Shown here in pieces: positions 49,424 to 60,800 of a stretch of 64,000 nt of DNA. This DNA comes from Chiloscyllium plagiosum (lineage: Eukaryota). The notes beneath the pieces were generated by a model, which was not told the origin of the DNA, did not search any database, and was given only the letters and a program-made list of their open reading frames with translations. The stretch lies in NCBI RefSeq assembly GCF_004010195.1, contig NC_057718.1:34373239-34437238 (forward strand), read 5' to 3'. Within the stretch, counting starts at the first letter, position 1. Each line of letters starts with the position of its first letter. The translations under genes were made by a program, and so were the position numbers.

Positions 49424-51536
49424 GATAAAAAAATTAGTGATACACACATTTCTTGACTTAAAGACTTCTTATAGCATGGCACATGCTTTAACATCCATTG
49501 ATAATAAATTGCTGTGAAAAATATTTTGCCAGAGGATAGTGTCCCTTTGAGATTTTAAAAAAATAAATTCAATATCATTTGTGTAGATAAGTTTCTGTGT
49601 TGGCTGCAGTAAATCATAGCAGAGAAAGAAAGCTCACTGAGTGGGGAGACAGGGTTACAAACCAGTTTAAACTTAGATTAATGCAAGTCCAAAGATGTAA
49701 CTAAATACACATTCTTAAAAATAAATAGAATTTTTGTTCTCTGTGCTGAAAGATGAAGTCGTCATGGCAGGGCAGGATATGTAAAAGCACAGATGAAATG
49801 TGGAAATGATAGAGTACCATAGGAATTGATAAAAGTAGAGCATATTCTGACAATCTGTGTTATGAGTGTCATTCTTAGGTTTACATTTAAATTGAGGTAA
49901 CTGACATATTTTTTACTTATATTGGTTAGGGCAAAATTCGCATCAGTAGTACCTATTGTTGTGCCATCGTTTTAGGCTCAACATATTGCTTGACCTGTAC
50001 ATGCACACTTCTGTTGAGAATCTTGCTATACATCATCTTGGTAAAAGGACAAACAAGTGGTTCTATTATTCACATATGAAGGAGATATTAGGCAATTTCC
50101 AGAAAGAAGTAAGAGGCCTGATGATCGCTTCTGGTCCCTGCTCCATCTTCAATTTGCATGGAAGGAGCCAATGCCATGCAGTGCTGATTGTCTCTGGGAA
50201 AACCCATGTTAAATTTTAAAATGGTAAAAACTTAAAATTATTATTATCCTTGCCATGTTATTGTCTCTCAGGTTATCCCGAGATCTCATTCTCAACTCTA
50301 ACCTTCGTCCCAATCTCCTCCAGACCTTGAACCTGACTTTTTTCACCCCTTGCCAGTAGCATTCGGATTCTACAGAAATGATTGCAAGGCCTGCCATTTT
50401 CCCATCTGATCTTCCACCAAACATTATTCCTAGAATTTATCCATTTATCCTCCAGATTCCACAATCTAGTCCATTAATCTGTGCATGCTAATACTGCGGT
50501 GACATGTAATTTGGGAACTTTCCAGAGCTCTCATTTGCAGGAAAGTTGACCCAAAATATTCCTAGGCTGAAACATTTCTAATATTGCTCAACAAATACAA
50601 TTCGAAGAAAGGAAAACAGTGATTCATTCGCATATTGATCAATCTCCTGTATCTCACATCATAAACCATATTAATGTGCAACTTGAAAACTGGGATTACT
50701 GAATACAACTTTGTTCAAGTTGCCTCAGTGAAAACGAACCCAAAACCACTGGATTGGGGGCCAGGATTTGCTGAGTCATTGCCAATTGTCAAGGTTTCAA
50801 ATGAATTCAACTCAAGACCTGCCATTTCATCAGAATGAGCTCATGATTCATACAGAATGGATAGTTATACTACTTTGAAAAAACTCTGAAACCACAGCTT
50901 AGCACAACCACATGATATCTGGCATTGTCACTATTACCGACTTAAGATGCTTTGCTTTAAGATCAAACATAATGTTATTGCATGATATTAAATTACAATC
51001 TACTTGTACGAACTCAAGGAACAAAAGGATAATTGAACCATGTCCTGTGGAAAAACAATGAAAAAATAATTATAGGATGGAAACATTCTGGTCAACTGCT
51101 GATCTCCCTTTGCTCTTGCTTAATCCTACCATTGCCAATCTCTCTGTACTTTTCTTCAGCTCACATCATACATAGGTACCTGACAAATTGGCCCAAGTGT
51201 TTCTGATGTGTTGAGGAGGATGAGGCTCAGAACAGCTGAAGAACCTGCTAAGATATGTTGATGCTAATGGTAGGAATCATTAACATCTTAGAGCTCCATT
51301 TCTCACCTGGCAGCTGACGAACTAGACATTTGCTCAGAGAACAAGAGCTACCAGCAGAGGTTAGCGTGGAGGGACATTTTGGTCAGCATGGACCAGTTTG
51401 GGCCAAGGGGCCTGTCTCCATGCTGTACGACTCTATGACTCTATGACTCAGTAATAGTAGGAACTCCTGTGACAAAAATTCAGAATTAAGAGGTGGGCAT
51501 ACTTGGCAATCAGAAAGTAGAGGAGAATGAAAGCTT

Positions 51537-51630
51537 GCTGAAAATGTGTTGCTTGAACAGCGCAGCAGGTCAGGCAGCATCCAGGGAACAGGAGAATCGA
51601 CGTTTCGGGCATAAGCCCTTCTTCAGGAAT
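51537..51630 (-). mobile_element. Penelope pLTR family A unit with intact hammerhead core
   Basis: Reverse complement attcCTGAAGAaGGGCttatGCCCGAAACGTCgatt. Flanking repeat gaatgaa(a/g)gctt at 51525-51536 and 51627-51638. Confidence 0.85.
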
Positions 51631-52439
51631 GAAGGCTTCCTTTGTTGGCTTGAAGGGATTACCTCTGGCATCTTCAGACACACAAAAGGGGGCTGAAAGA
51701 CACACTCCCCGAGATCCGTCAGTTCCCATTACCATTCTAATGTTGAGTTACCTGGGGTCGGTTAATATTTAACAAGATTCCCATTTGTACTGTAGGAACC
51801 TGTTTTAAAAATCTTGAGTATCTCCACAGGAAATTGGTCACCTTGAAGCTTGACCCTTCAAAATGGTGGAATAACCATGTGAGGTAATTTGGGTGTTTCC
51901 CCTTTTAATGGTTCATTTTAGACCCTCAGACCGTCTCCCATCCATTCTAGGGAAATCGTAGATATTTTTTAAATCAACCTCTAGACCAGGTAGGACTTAA
52001 ACCGTGGCCTTCTCTTTTAGAGCTAGCTCTCTCTATGGAGTTCATATTGAAGCCATTCCTCTCAGTCTAATAGGGTAAATTAAGCAAGGAGTATCAGCAC
52101 TTCTCCAGTTAGCTATAACTTGTTAAAGTTTGTAACATAATTAATTGTGTAGCCTAGAGACATCCATTTTGCACACCACCATTCATTTATTCCTTACCTA
52201 ATGCAGTGTTCATAATCCCTGATAAACAGCAATTGAGCAATTTCAAGTTAATGAAACAAAACAATAATAAAAATGAGATTGTTTAATTTGTAGTTTATGG
52301 GTTTCCTCTCTGCTGTGTTTCTTAGCTTAAAGACAGATTATTTAAAGAGTAACAAACTTTTAAGAAAGTAACAAACAGCTGCATGCTTGAAAATTGGGTT
52401 TTTGACTGGCTAGATGAAAAACATGATAGAAATAAGCAA

Positions 52440-52952
52440 GTTTTGAGAGGATTTGTAGCTCAGGTTGAGGTTTTGGATGCAGGTTTGTTCGCTGAGCTGA
52501 AAGGTTCATTTCCAGGTGTCTCGTTACCTTGCTAGGTAACATCTTCAGTGGGCCTCATGCGAAGCAATGCTGAAAATTCCTGCTTTCTATTTGTGTTTGG
52601 GTTTCTTTGGGTTGGTGTTGTCATTTCCTGTGGTGATGTTATTTCCTGTGGTGAAGTCACTTCCGGTTCCTTTTCTCAGGCGGTGGTAGATGGGGTCTAA
52701 CCTGATGTGTTTTGTTGATTCCGGTTGGAAAGCCATGCTTCTAAGAATTCTCGTGCATGTCTTTGTTTGGCTTGTCCTAGGATGGATGTATTGTCCCAGT
52801 TGAAGTGGTGTAAACATGAACAGGATACATGAATACCAACTAGCCACAAAAAGACATGATCGTCTCTCACTAGTATCCTCACATACAGATGAGGAAGGAC
52901 ACCACTTCAACTGGGACAATATATCCATCCTAGAACAAGCCAAACAAAGACA
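52440..52952 (-). mobile_element. Penelope-like element 3' end (GIY-YIG C-terminus and pLTR) with an inverted 5' segment
   Basis: Minus: HFNWDNTSILGQAKQRHAREFLEAW..LDPIYHRLRK. Plus 52816-52952: RIHEYQLATKRHDRLSLVSSHTDEEGHHFNWDNISILEQAKQRH. Confidence 0.85.
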
Positions 52953-52954
52953 CA

Positions 52955-53142
52955 TAATATTGATCTTGGTAATGTTGATCTTGCTTTGTGCACCTCCTGT
53001 GCTGTGTAACCTGCTCTGTCTAAGCACCTTGGGATCTGTATGTCCTTGTTTGCTATGATGTGCTTGTACTGCTCACAAAACAAAGCTTTTCACTGTACTT
53101 AGATACATATGACGACAATAAATCAAATCAAATTAAATCAAA
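52955..53142 (+). mobile_element. LINE 3' tail (Rex/L2-like); similar tail at ~8530-8665
   Basis: aaagcttttcactgtactt..tgacgacaataaatcaaatcaaattaaatcaaa. Confidence 0.55.
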
Positions 53143-54025
53143 GCAGCTGCCTCAGACCAAAGGAATTCTTGCCCTAAACCTTTCAGTCTGTAATCACTTT
53201 CGGTCTCTTCTCCTCTAAAATTACTCTTATAGCTCCTTGACTAAAATTCTGATCACCCATCCTTGTACCTTCTTGTGCAGCTCAGTGCAAGACTTTTTAA
53301 GAATAACTGAGCTATGAAGAATTTTGGGATATTTAACTGTGTTACATATGCTATATTAATACATATTCCTGTTGTAAAAGAAGTATTTAATGTGATTAGC
53401 ATTCGGTATCTTCTGGAGACATTAAATGGTTCCTTTGATTGCTTAACCCTGCTCTCCCAGTTTAGTGTGTGTTCAATGGCTTGTTTTGGTGTATAGGTTT
53501 ATCAGTAAACTCTGAGCATTATCTGGCAATAGAAAAAGTACCCAGAGAAACAGGAAAAGGAATGCACTCCTTTTTTCTGAGGACAATGATGAAGAGTAAC
53601 AAATAGTTCTGTGTTGCAAAATTAGCAAAACATAGAGAGAAGAAAAGGGTTTGGCTTTATAAAATGCCTTTTTACATCTTCTAACCATCTCAAGGTACTA
53701 TTGAAATATAATATCTGCTCTTCTAGCAATGCAGCTGATTTGTGCACAGCAAGTCCTCACTAGCAATACGTTAGAATAGTACTAAATGGTACTTCTGAAG
53801 TGGTTTAGAACAGTTTCCTTTTGTGGACAGCATGCAGAGTTGGAATTTGGAAGCAGTAAGAGCATTTTGGGGGATGCAGATAGCTTCTTTATCTAGACCG
53901 CTAGCATGAGGTTCAAAATAATCCTGGCAAAATGCGTCCTGATCCCTGTTTGGCTGATGTCAACATGGTTGAAACTTTATTGCTGGAACAGCACAGCAGG
54001 TCAGGCAGCATCCAGAGAACAGGAG

Positions 54026-54061
54026 ATTCAACGTTTCGGGCACAGGCCCTTCTTCAGGAAT
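54026..54061 (-). ncRNA. Minimal hammerhead ribozyme motif (GUU site)
   Basis: Reverse complement AUUC-CUGAAGA-A-GGGC-CUGU-GCCC-GAA-ACGU-U-GAAU. Confidence 0.72.
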
Positions 54062-54850
54062 GAGCAGAGAGTGTTCAGCAGGAGAAGATAAAAGGTAGGG
54101 AGGAGGGACTTGGAGGAGGGGAGTTGGAAATGTGATAGGTGGAAAGAGGACAAGGTGAGGGTGATAGGTCGGAGTAGGAGGGAGGCGGAGAGGACAAGAA
54201 GAAGACTGCAGGTCAGGAAGGCGACGTGGTCGACGGTGCCCTCCACCGCATCTCCTCCACTTCCCGCAGTTACAAGTGGAGTTCCGCAGGGATCAGTTCT
54301 GGGTCCTCTGCTGTTTGTAATTTTTATTAATGACTTGGATGAGGGGATTGAAAGATGGGTCAGCAAGTTTGCAGGAGAAAGTGAGGTCTGCAGCTGCTGG
54401 AGATCAAAGTTGAAACTTTATTGCTGGAACAGCACAGCAGGTCAGGCAGCATCCAGGGAACAGGAGATTCGACGTTTCGGGCACAGGCCCTTCTTCAGGG
54501 ATGAGCAGAGTGTTCCAACACTCTCTGCTCATTCCTGAAGGAGGGCCTGTGCCCGAAACGTCGAATCTCCTGTTCCCTGGATGCTGCCTGACCTGCTGTG
54601 CTGTTCCAGCAATAAAGTTTCAACTTTGATCTCCAGCATCTGCAGATCTCACTTTCTCCTCGAAGATTTCAACCTACTGCGAATCCTCTTACAAGGATGC
54701 CTTCCTTGAAGAAGCTCTCTGCCTCTCTCTACAAAGATTTCAGTGAGTCCCTCTCTCACTGCACACCTTCCACCTATCACATTTCCAACGCCCCTCCTCC
54801 AAGTCCCTCCTCCCTACCTTTTATCTTCTCCTGCTGAACACTCTCTGCTC

Positions 54851-54886
54851 ATTCCTGAAGAAGGGCCTGTGCCCGAAACGTCGAAT
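54851..54886 (+). ncRNA. Minimal type I hammerhead ribozyme (best-preserved copy)
   Basis: AUUC-CUGAAGA-A-GGGC-CUGU-GCCC-GAA-ACGU-C-GAAU: stem I AUUC/GAAU, stem II GGGC/GCCC, palindromic ACGU in place of stem III, predicted cleavage after C54882 (GUC). Confidence 0.8.
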
Positions 54887-55149
54887 CTCCTGTTCCCTGG
54901 ATGCTGCCTGACCTGCTGTGCTGTTCCAGCAATAAAGTTTCAACTTTGATCTCCAGCATCTGCAGACCTCACTTTCTCCTCGATGATGTCAACATGGGAA
55001 CTGTGTGGAGTAAACACATGGCACAGGCTGTGATTTGTTGACCCTCGAATCATCAACAATACCCTGAAGAAGGAAAAATAGAAATTAAGATCAAAATTTC
55101 ACAGATGCAATCAGGACAAAGCCTGCTCCCTTTTCTCTTCACATGGTAC

Positions 55150-55640
55150 AGAAATGCATGGAAGAAAGGCACTATTACAATAATTATGGGCGACATCAAA
55201 ATGCAGGTGGGCTGGAAAGATCAGGTTGGTAGCGAATCCCAAGACAAGGAATTCATTGAATGTCCGCAAGACTTTTTTTGGAGCAGCTTGTTGTAGAAGC
55301 CACTAGGGAATAGGCAACTCTGGACTTGGTGATGGATAATGAGACAGACTTGATTAGGGAGCTTAAAGTGAAGGAACTCTTCATGGACATTGACCATAAT
55401 ATGGTAGAATTCACCCTACAGTTTGCGAGGGAGAAGTTGGAATCAGATGTAACAGTTTTAAAATTGGGTAAAGCTAACTACAAAGACATGAGGGAGGAAC
55501 TAGTGAGAGTTGATTGGAAGTGCATGATAAAATATGGATGAGATAGCAAGGCCTCATCAAGGGGAGGTCATACCTGATAAGTCATTAGAATCCTTTGAGT
55601 AGGTAACAAGGAAGTTAGACAAAGCAGAACTAGTGGATCT
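55150..55640 (+). mobile_element. CR1 ORF2 endonuclease-region fragment
   Basis: IIMGD..QV.W..QVG, NETDLIRELKVKE...DHNMVEFTLQF. Confidence 0.78.
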
Positions 55641-56057
55641 GCTTATTGTCTTAAATGCACCTGAAGGAGGTACACTCTCCAAGGGACAGCAAGGGGAAAC
55701 CTGTAGCTGTGATCAAAAAGATGTGGTTTGTCAAGGTTGCTGGAATCAGTAATAGAATATAGAGCCTGGATCCCATGCAGCAAATGATTTAGTGATCCAA
55801 CCATGTCAGGAAAGTTGAACATAGTTGCAGGTTCACCCAAATTCTAAACAGCACCTCCTGCCTCACCTCTCTCTATACCTGCAGTACCTTGTCAAGGCTA
55901 CTCCATTGCATCATTTCTCATATCAATTTATATTTCAGCAGATTCCCTTGCCCCATACCCCCTCTGCCACATTTCACATGCTATCTGATTGCATGCATCA
56001 GATTGCTCAGTTCTTGCCACATCCTTAAATGTATGTCCGAAGCACTCCTGAAACATT

Positions 56058-59000
56058 TAAGACCATAAGACACAGGAGTGGAAGTAAAGCCATTCTGTCC
56101 ATCAAGTCCACTCCGCCATTTAATCATAGCTGATGGGCGTTTCAATTCCACTTACCCACATTCTCCCTGTAGCCCTTAATTCCTTGCGAGATCAAGAATT
56201 TATCAATCTCTGCCTTGAAGACACCCAACGTCCCGGCCTCCACTACGCTCCGTGGCAATGAATTCCACAGGCCCACCATTCTCTGGCTGAAGGAATGTCT
56301 CCTCATTTCTGTTCTAAATTGCCCTCCTCTAATTTTAAGGCTGTGCCCACAGGTCCGAGTCTCCGCGCCTAACGGAAACAACTTCCCAGCGTCCACCCTT
56401 TCTAAGTTATGCATTATCGTCTGAGTTTCTATTAGATCTCCCCTCAACCTTCTAAACTCTAATGAATACAATCCCAGGATCCTAAGACGATCATCATATG
56501 TTAGGCCTACCGTTCCAGGTATCCTCTGTGTGAATCTCCGCTGGACACGCTCCAGTGCCAGTATGTCCTTTCTGAGTGTGGGGCCCAAAATTGGACACAG
56601 AATTCTAAATGGGGCCTAACTAGAGCTTTATAAAGTCTCAGAAGCACTTCGCTGCTTTTATATTCCAATCCTCTTGTAAATGACAACATTATATTTACTT
56701 TCTTAATCACAGACTCAACTTGCAAATCAATCTTTAGAGAATCCTGGACTAGCACTCCCAGATCCCTTTGTAGTTTGGGTTTATGAATTTTCTCACTGTT
56801 TAAAAAATAGTCCATGCCTGTATTCCTTTTTCCAAACGTTGCACTTGCTCAAGTTGAATTTCATCAGCCATTTCCTGAACCATTCTCCTAAACTGTCTCA
56901 ATCTTTCTGCAGCCTCCCCATCTCCTCAGTACGACCTGCCTGTCCGCCTAACTTCATATCATTGGCGAACTTCGCCAGAATGACCCCAGCCCCTTCACCC
57001 AGATCATTAATATATAAAGTGAACAGCTGGGGCCCCAACACCGAACCCTGCGGGACACCACTTGTCACCAGCTGCAATTCCGATAAAAAACCTTTTATCC
57101 CAACTCTCTGCCTTCTGTCAGACAGCCAATCCCCAATTCATGCCAGTAGCTCACCTCAAACACCATGGGCCCTCACCTTACTCAGCAGCCTGCCGTGAGG
57201 CTCCTTATCAAAGGCCTTTTGGAAGCCTAGATAGATAACATGCACTGGGTTTCCTTGGTCTAACCTACTTGTTACCTCTTCAAAGAATTCTAACAGGTTT
57301 GTCAGGCACAATTTCCCCTTACTAAATTCATGCTGACTTATTCTACCGACCCTACATTTCCAAGAGTTTAGAAATCTAATCCTTAATGATGGATGATCAT
57401 CCTAATGGATTCCATAATTTTACCTACAACCGAGGTAAGGCTAATCGGTCTATAATTTTCGATCTTTTGTCTTGTTCCTTTCTTGAATAAGGGGGTTACT
57501 ACAATCATCTGGGACTTTCCCAGACTCCAGCGATTTTTGAAAGATCACAGTCAGCGCCTCTGCTATTTTCTCAACCACCCTCCCTAAAAACTCTAAGATG
57601 TAGCCCATTGGGGTCAGGAGATTTATCGATTATTAGACCTTTTAGCTTTTCTAGCACTTTTTCTTTTGTAATGGCTACCATATTTATCTCTGCTCCCTGA
57701 CTCTCCTTAATTGTTGGGATATTACTCATGTCTTCCACTGTGAAGACTCACACAAAGTATTTATTAAGTTCTTCAGCTATATGATCCTGTCCTTCCTTGT
57801 TTCTCTCTTTATTATCCTTTGTTTGTTTTTGTCGTTTTCCCAACCTTCTGCTTTCCCAGTGCTCTTGGCCACTTTATAGGCTCTCTCTTTTTCTTTGATA
57901 CATTTCCTAACCCCTCCCTGGATAATCTTTCTTTTCTTTGGGATGAACCTCTGTACTGTGTCCGCAATTAAACTCAGAAACTCTTGCCATTGCTGCTTTA
58001 CTGTCTTCCTCACTAGGCTCTGCTTCCAGTCAATTGTTATCACTTCCTCTCTGATGCTCCGGTATGTACCTTTATTTAACTGTAGCACAATTACATCCGA
58101 TTTTGCCTTCTCTCTTTCAAACTGCAGACTGAGCTCTACCATATTATGATCACTGTCCCCTAAGTGTTCACTTACTTTAAGATCTTTTATAAAGTCTGGC
58201 TCATTACATAGATCTAAGTCCAGAATTGCCTCGTAGTCGCCCTCATTTAATGCATTCATCCATCGAATGCATGTAAGACAATAAGCAGAGCCACTGGTTC
58301 TGCTTTGTCTAACTTCCTTGTTACTTACTCAAAGAATTCTAATGACTTATCAAGTATGACCTCCCTTGACAAAGCCTTGCTGTCTCATCTGATCTTTCCA
58401 GTCCACCTGCATATTGAAGTCCCCCATACTTATAGTAATAGTGCCTTTCTTCCATGTCTTTTCTATCTTGGAGAAAGTGAGGACTGCAGATGCTGGAGAT
58501 CAGAGTCGAAAAGTGTGGCACTGAAAAAGCACAGCAGGTCAGGCAACATCTGAGGAGCAGGAGAATCAACGTTTCGGGCATAAGCCCTTCATCAGGAATG
58601 TTTGGGGGGCTTGGGGTGGACAAAGGGAGCTGAGAGATAAATAGGAGGGTGGGGGTGTGGCTTGGGGGGAAGGTAGCTGGAAAGGCAATAGGTAACTTCA
58701 GGGCAGAGGAGATGACCTTGGGTGCAGTGAGAGAGATTCTGCCTCACATCCTGACTACTGCTAGGAGGCATATACATAATTCCATGACGGTTTTTATTTC
58801 CTTTGTGGTTTCTTAACTCGGATTTTCTGCCTTCCAACACAATAACACATCTTACCAGTGATTTAATTTCATTTCTTACTAACAAAGCAGACCCACCCAC
58901 CTCTGCCCATCTGCCTGACCTTTCAGTAGGATGTGTATCCTTGAATATTTAGATCCCAGCCCTGATCCCCGTGCAGTCACGTCCCAGTGATTAAACACAG

Positions 59001-60400
59001 CATCACACTTGCTAATTTCAATTTGCACTACAAGCTTATTTACCTTCTTTTATAGACAGTGCATTTAAGTACAACACTCTCACTTCTACATTGATTGACT
59101 GTTTCCTGCTCATAGCTGTCCCCTTATCTGCAGTGCCTGGAGTTAGATACCTGACCCTTTCCATACTCCCTGTCTTATTATGTGTTCTAGAAGTTTTAAT
59201 AACCTCTGCTGAGCTCCCCACCCATTTATGTTTTTCCAGTTTTCCATGCAACTGAACCCCATTCCCTGCGCTATTTAGTTTAAAGCCCTATCTACAGCCC
59301 TAGTTATGTGATGTACCAGGACTGTGGTCCTAACATGATTCAGGTGAAGCCCATCCCATCAGAACAGCACTCTCCTTCCCCAGTACTGGTGCCAAGGTTT
59401 CCTGAATTCAAGCTTGTTTCTCCCATACCAATCTTTCAGCCACATGTTTAACTCTTTAATCTTGTTTACCCTGTGCCATTTAGATTGTGGGTCAGGAAAT
59501 AATCTGGAGATTATTACCTTTTTGATTGTGCTTTTAATTTATCCCCTAGCTGCTCATATTCCCTCAGAAGAACATCTTTCCTCTTTCTCTCTATATTGTT
59601 GGTACCGAAGTGGAGCTCAGCAACTGGATCATTCCCCTCCCACTCCAAGTTCTTCTGCAGCCCAGATTGATATCCTGAGCCTGGGCACCAGGCAGGCAAC
59701 ACAGTCTTCAGGACTCAATCCCAGCCATAGAGAATGATGTCTATTCCCCGATTATATTATCTCCAATTACAACTACATTTCTCTTTTCTCCCTCCTCTAA
59801 CTGCCTCACTGTAGACACAGCCTCCTGCCCCTGCCCACTGATCAAATTTGAGGAGCTAAAGAGTGTGACTGCCTCATGAAACACAGCAACCAGGTAACTC
59901 TCCCCTCCTTAATGGGTTACGACTCAAAGCTCCGATTCCAGCTCGTAAACTCTGAGCTAGAATTCCACACACTTGCTACAGATATAGTAATTATAAGACA
60001 CAATAGGGACCAACAGCTCCCACATCATATATGGCTTTGCCTGGCTCTGCAACTCTATTTTATTCACTGAGTTCTTAGTTTGTTTTTTATGAAATTTCCT
60101 ACTCATCTTTTAGTTTGTAACCTGTACATATTTCTCTGATTTATCTTCAATCTGAAAGTAACCTATAATAGATAGTCAAATTAGTAGCTATTACCAAGCA
60201 ATAATGTAAGTTTCCTGTAATGTCACTCTTTGATTGTGCTGGGCCCCCATGTCGACCTTCTCTTTATTCTGTTGAAAAAAAATCTCCTAAAATATTAGGC
60301 AAGAGAGCAGTAAAAATCACCTCTTCCCCTCTGGACCAAATTCCTCTGTTGCCTCCAAAGTCCCTAAATAATATATCCACTCAGGCTGACTTCCTCCTTC
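56058..60400 (-). mobile_element. Near full-length, rearranged CR1: 3' tail, ORF2 and ORF1 SGNH-esterase remnant
   Basis: Tail (gaccataagac) at ~56060; [18 protein letters not shown] at ~57030-57060; HLGDSDHNMVE; LYLNALSI at ~59060; ORF1-like HFGTNNIERKRKDVLLREYEQLGDKLK at ~59530-59610. 5' boundary uncertain. Confidence 0.85.
58469..58740 (-). mobile_element. Penelope pLTR family A plus flanking Penelope sequence, nested in the CR1
   Basis: ggagaaagtgaggactgcagatgctgg... Hammerhead motif at 58564-58599 (-): attcCTGATGAaGGGCttatGCCCGAAACGTTgatt. Confidence 0.85.
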
Positions 60401-60464
60401 CTGACTGAGCAAAGCTTGCTGGTTGTCACATTTTCAATAGGCTCCCTCTTAAATAATGCTATAA

Positions 60465-60800
60465 TGACTGGTCACCACACAATCAGAAGGATGTGATTGT
60501 ACATGAAGGCGTGCAGAAGAGATTCACCAGGATATTACCTGGGATGAAAAGTCTCAGTTGTGTGGAGAGACTGGATAGGGTTTGTTTTCCTTGGAGTAGA
60601 GGAGGCTGAGGGGGATCAGATTATGAGAGACATAGACAGGGTAGATCGTGAGAATCTTTTCCCCATGGCAAACGTGCCTCAGACTAGCGGGTGCAAGTTT
60701 CAGTTAAGGAGTAAGTGGCTTAGAGGAGATTTGTGGAAGCATTTCTTCACCCAAAGGGTGCCTATGAAGGTGGTGGAGGCTTGACCCTTATTAACCTTCC
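60465..60800 (+). mobile_element. Old CR1 3' fragment
   Basis: gtgcagaagagattcaccaggat (VQKRFTR), ttcttcacccaaaggg (FFTQR). Confidence 0.75.

Larger units (their letters stand above)
53969..54983. mobile_element. Chimeric Penelope/CR1 insertion with four pLTR units inside one 14 bp TSD
   Basis: TSD tgatgtcaacatgg at 53955-53968 and 54984-54997. pLTR units near-identical. CR1 RT fragment at ~54268-54373. Confidence 0.9.

Noticed and set aside
51665..52200. Possible LTR or endogenous retrovirus fragment
   Set aside because: I could not identify a second LTR, primer-binding site or coding motif; left unassigned.
54110..54538. 142-aa ORF as a real fusion protein
   Set aside because: Non-ATG start; it reads through antisense pLTR and a 35-aa CR1 fragment by chance.
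53969..54983. Repeated ~100-140 bp units as a CRISPR-like array
   Set aside because: Units are in mixed orientation, too long, not regularly spaced, match dispersed pLTR copies, and no cas genes are present in this eukaryotic DNA.
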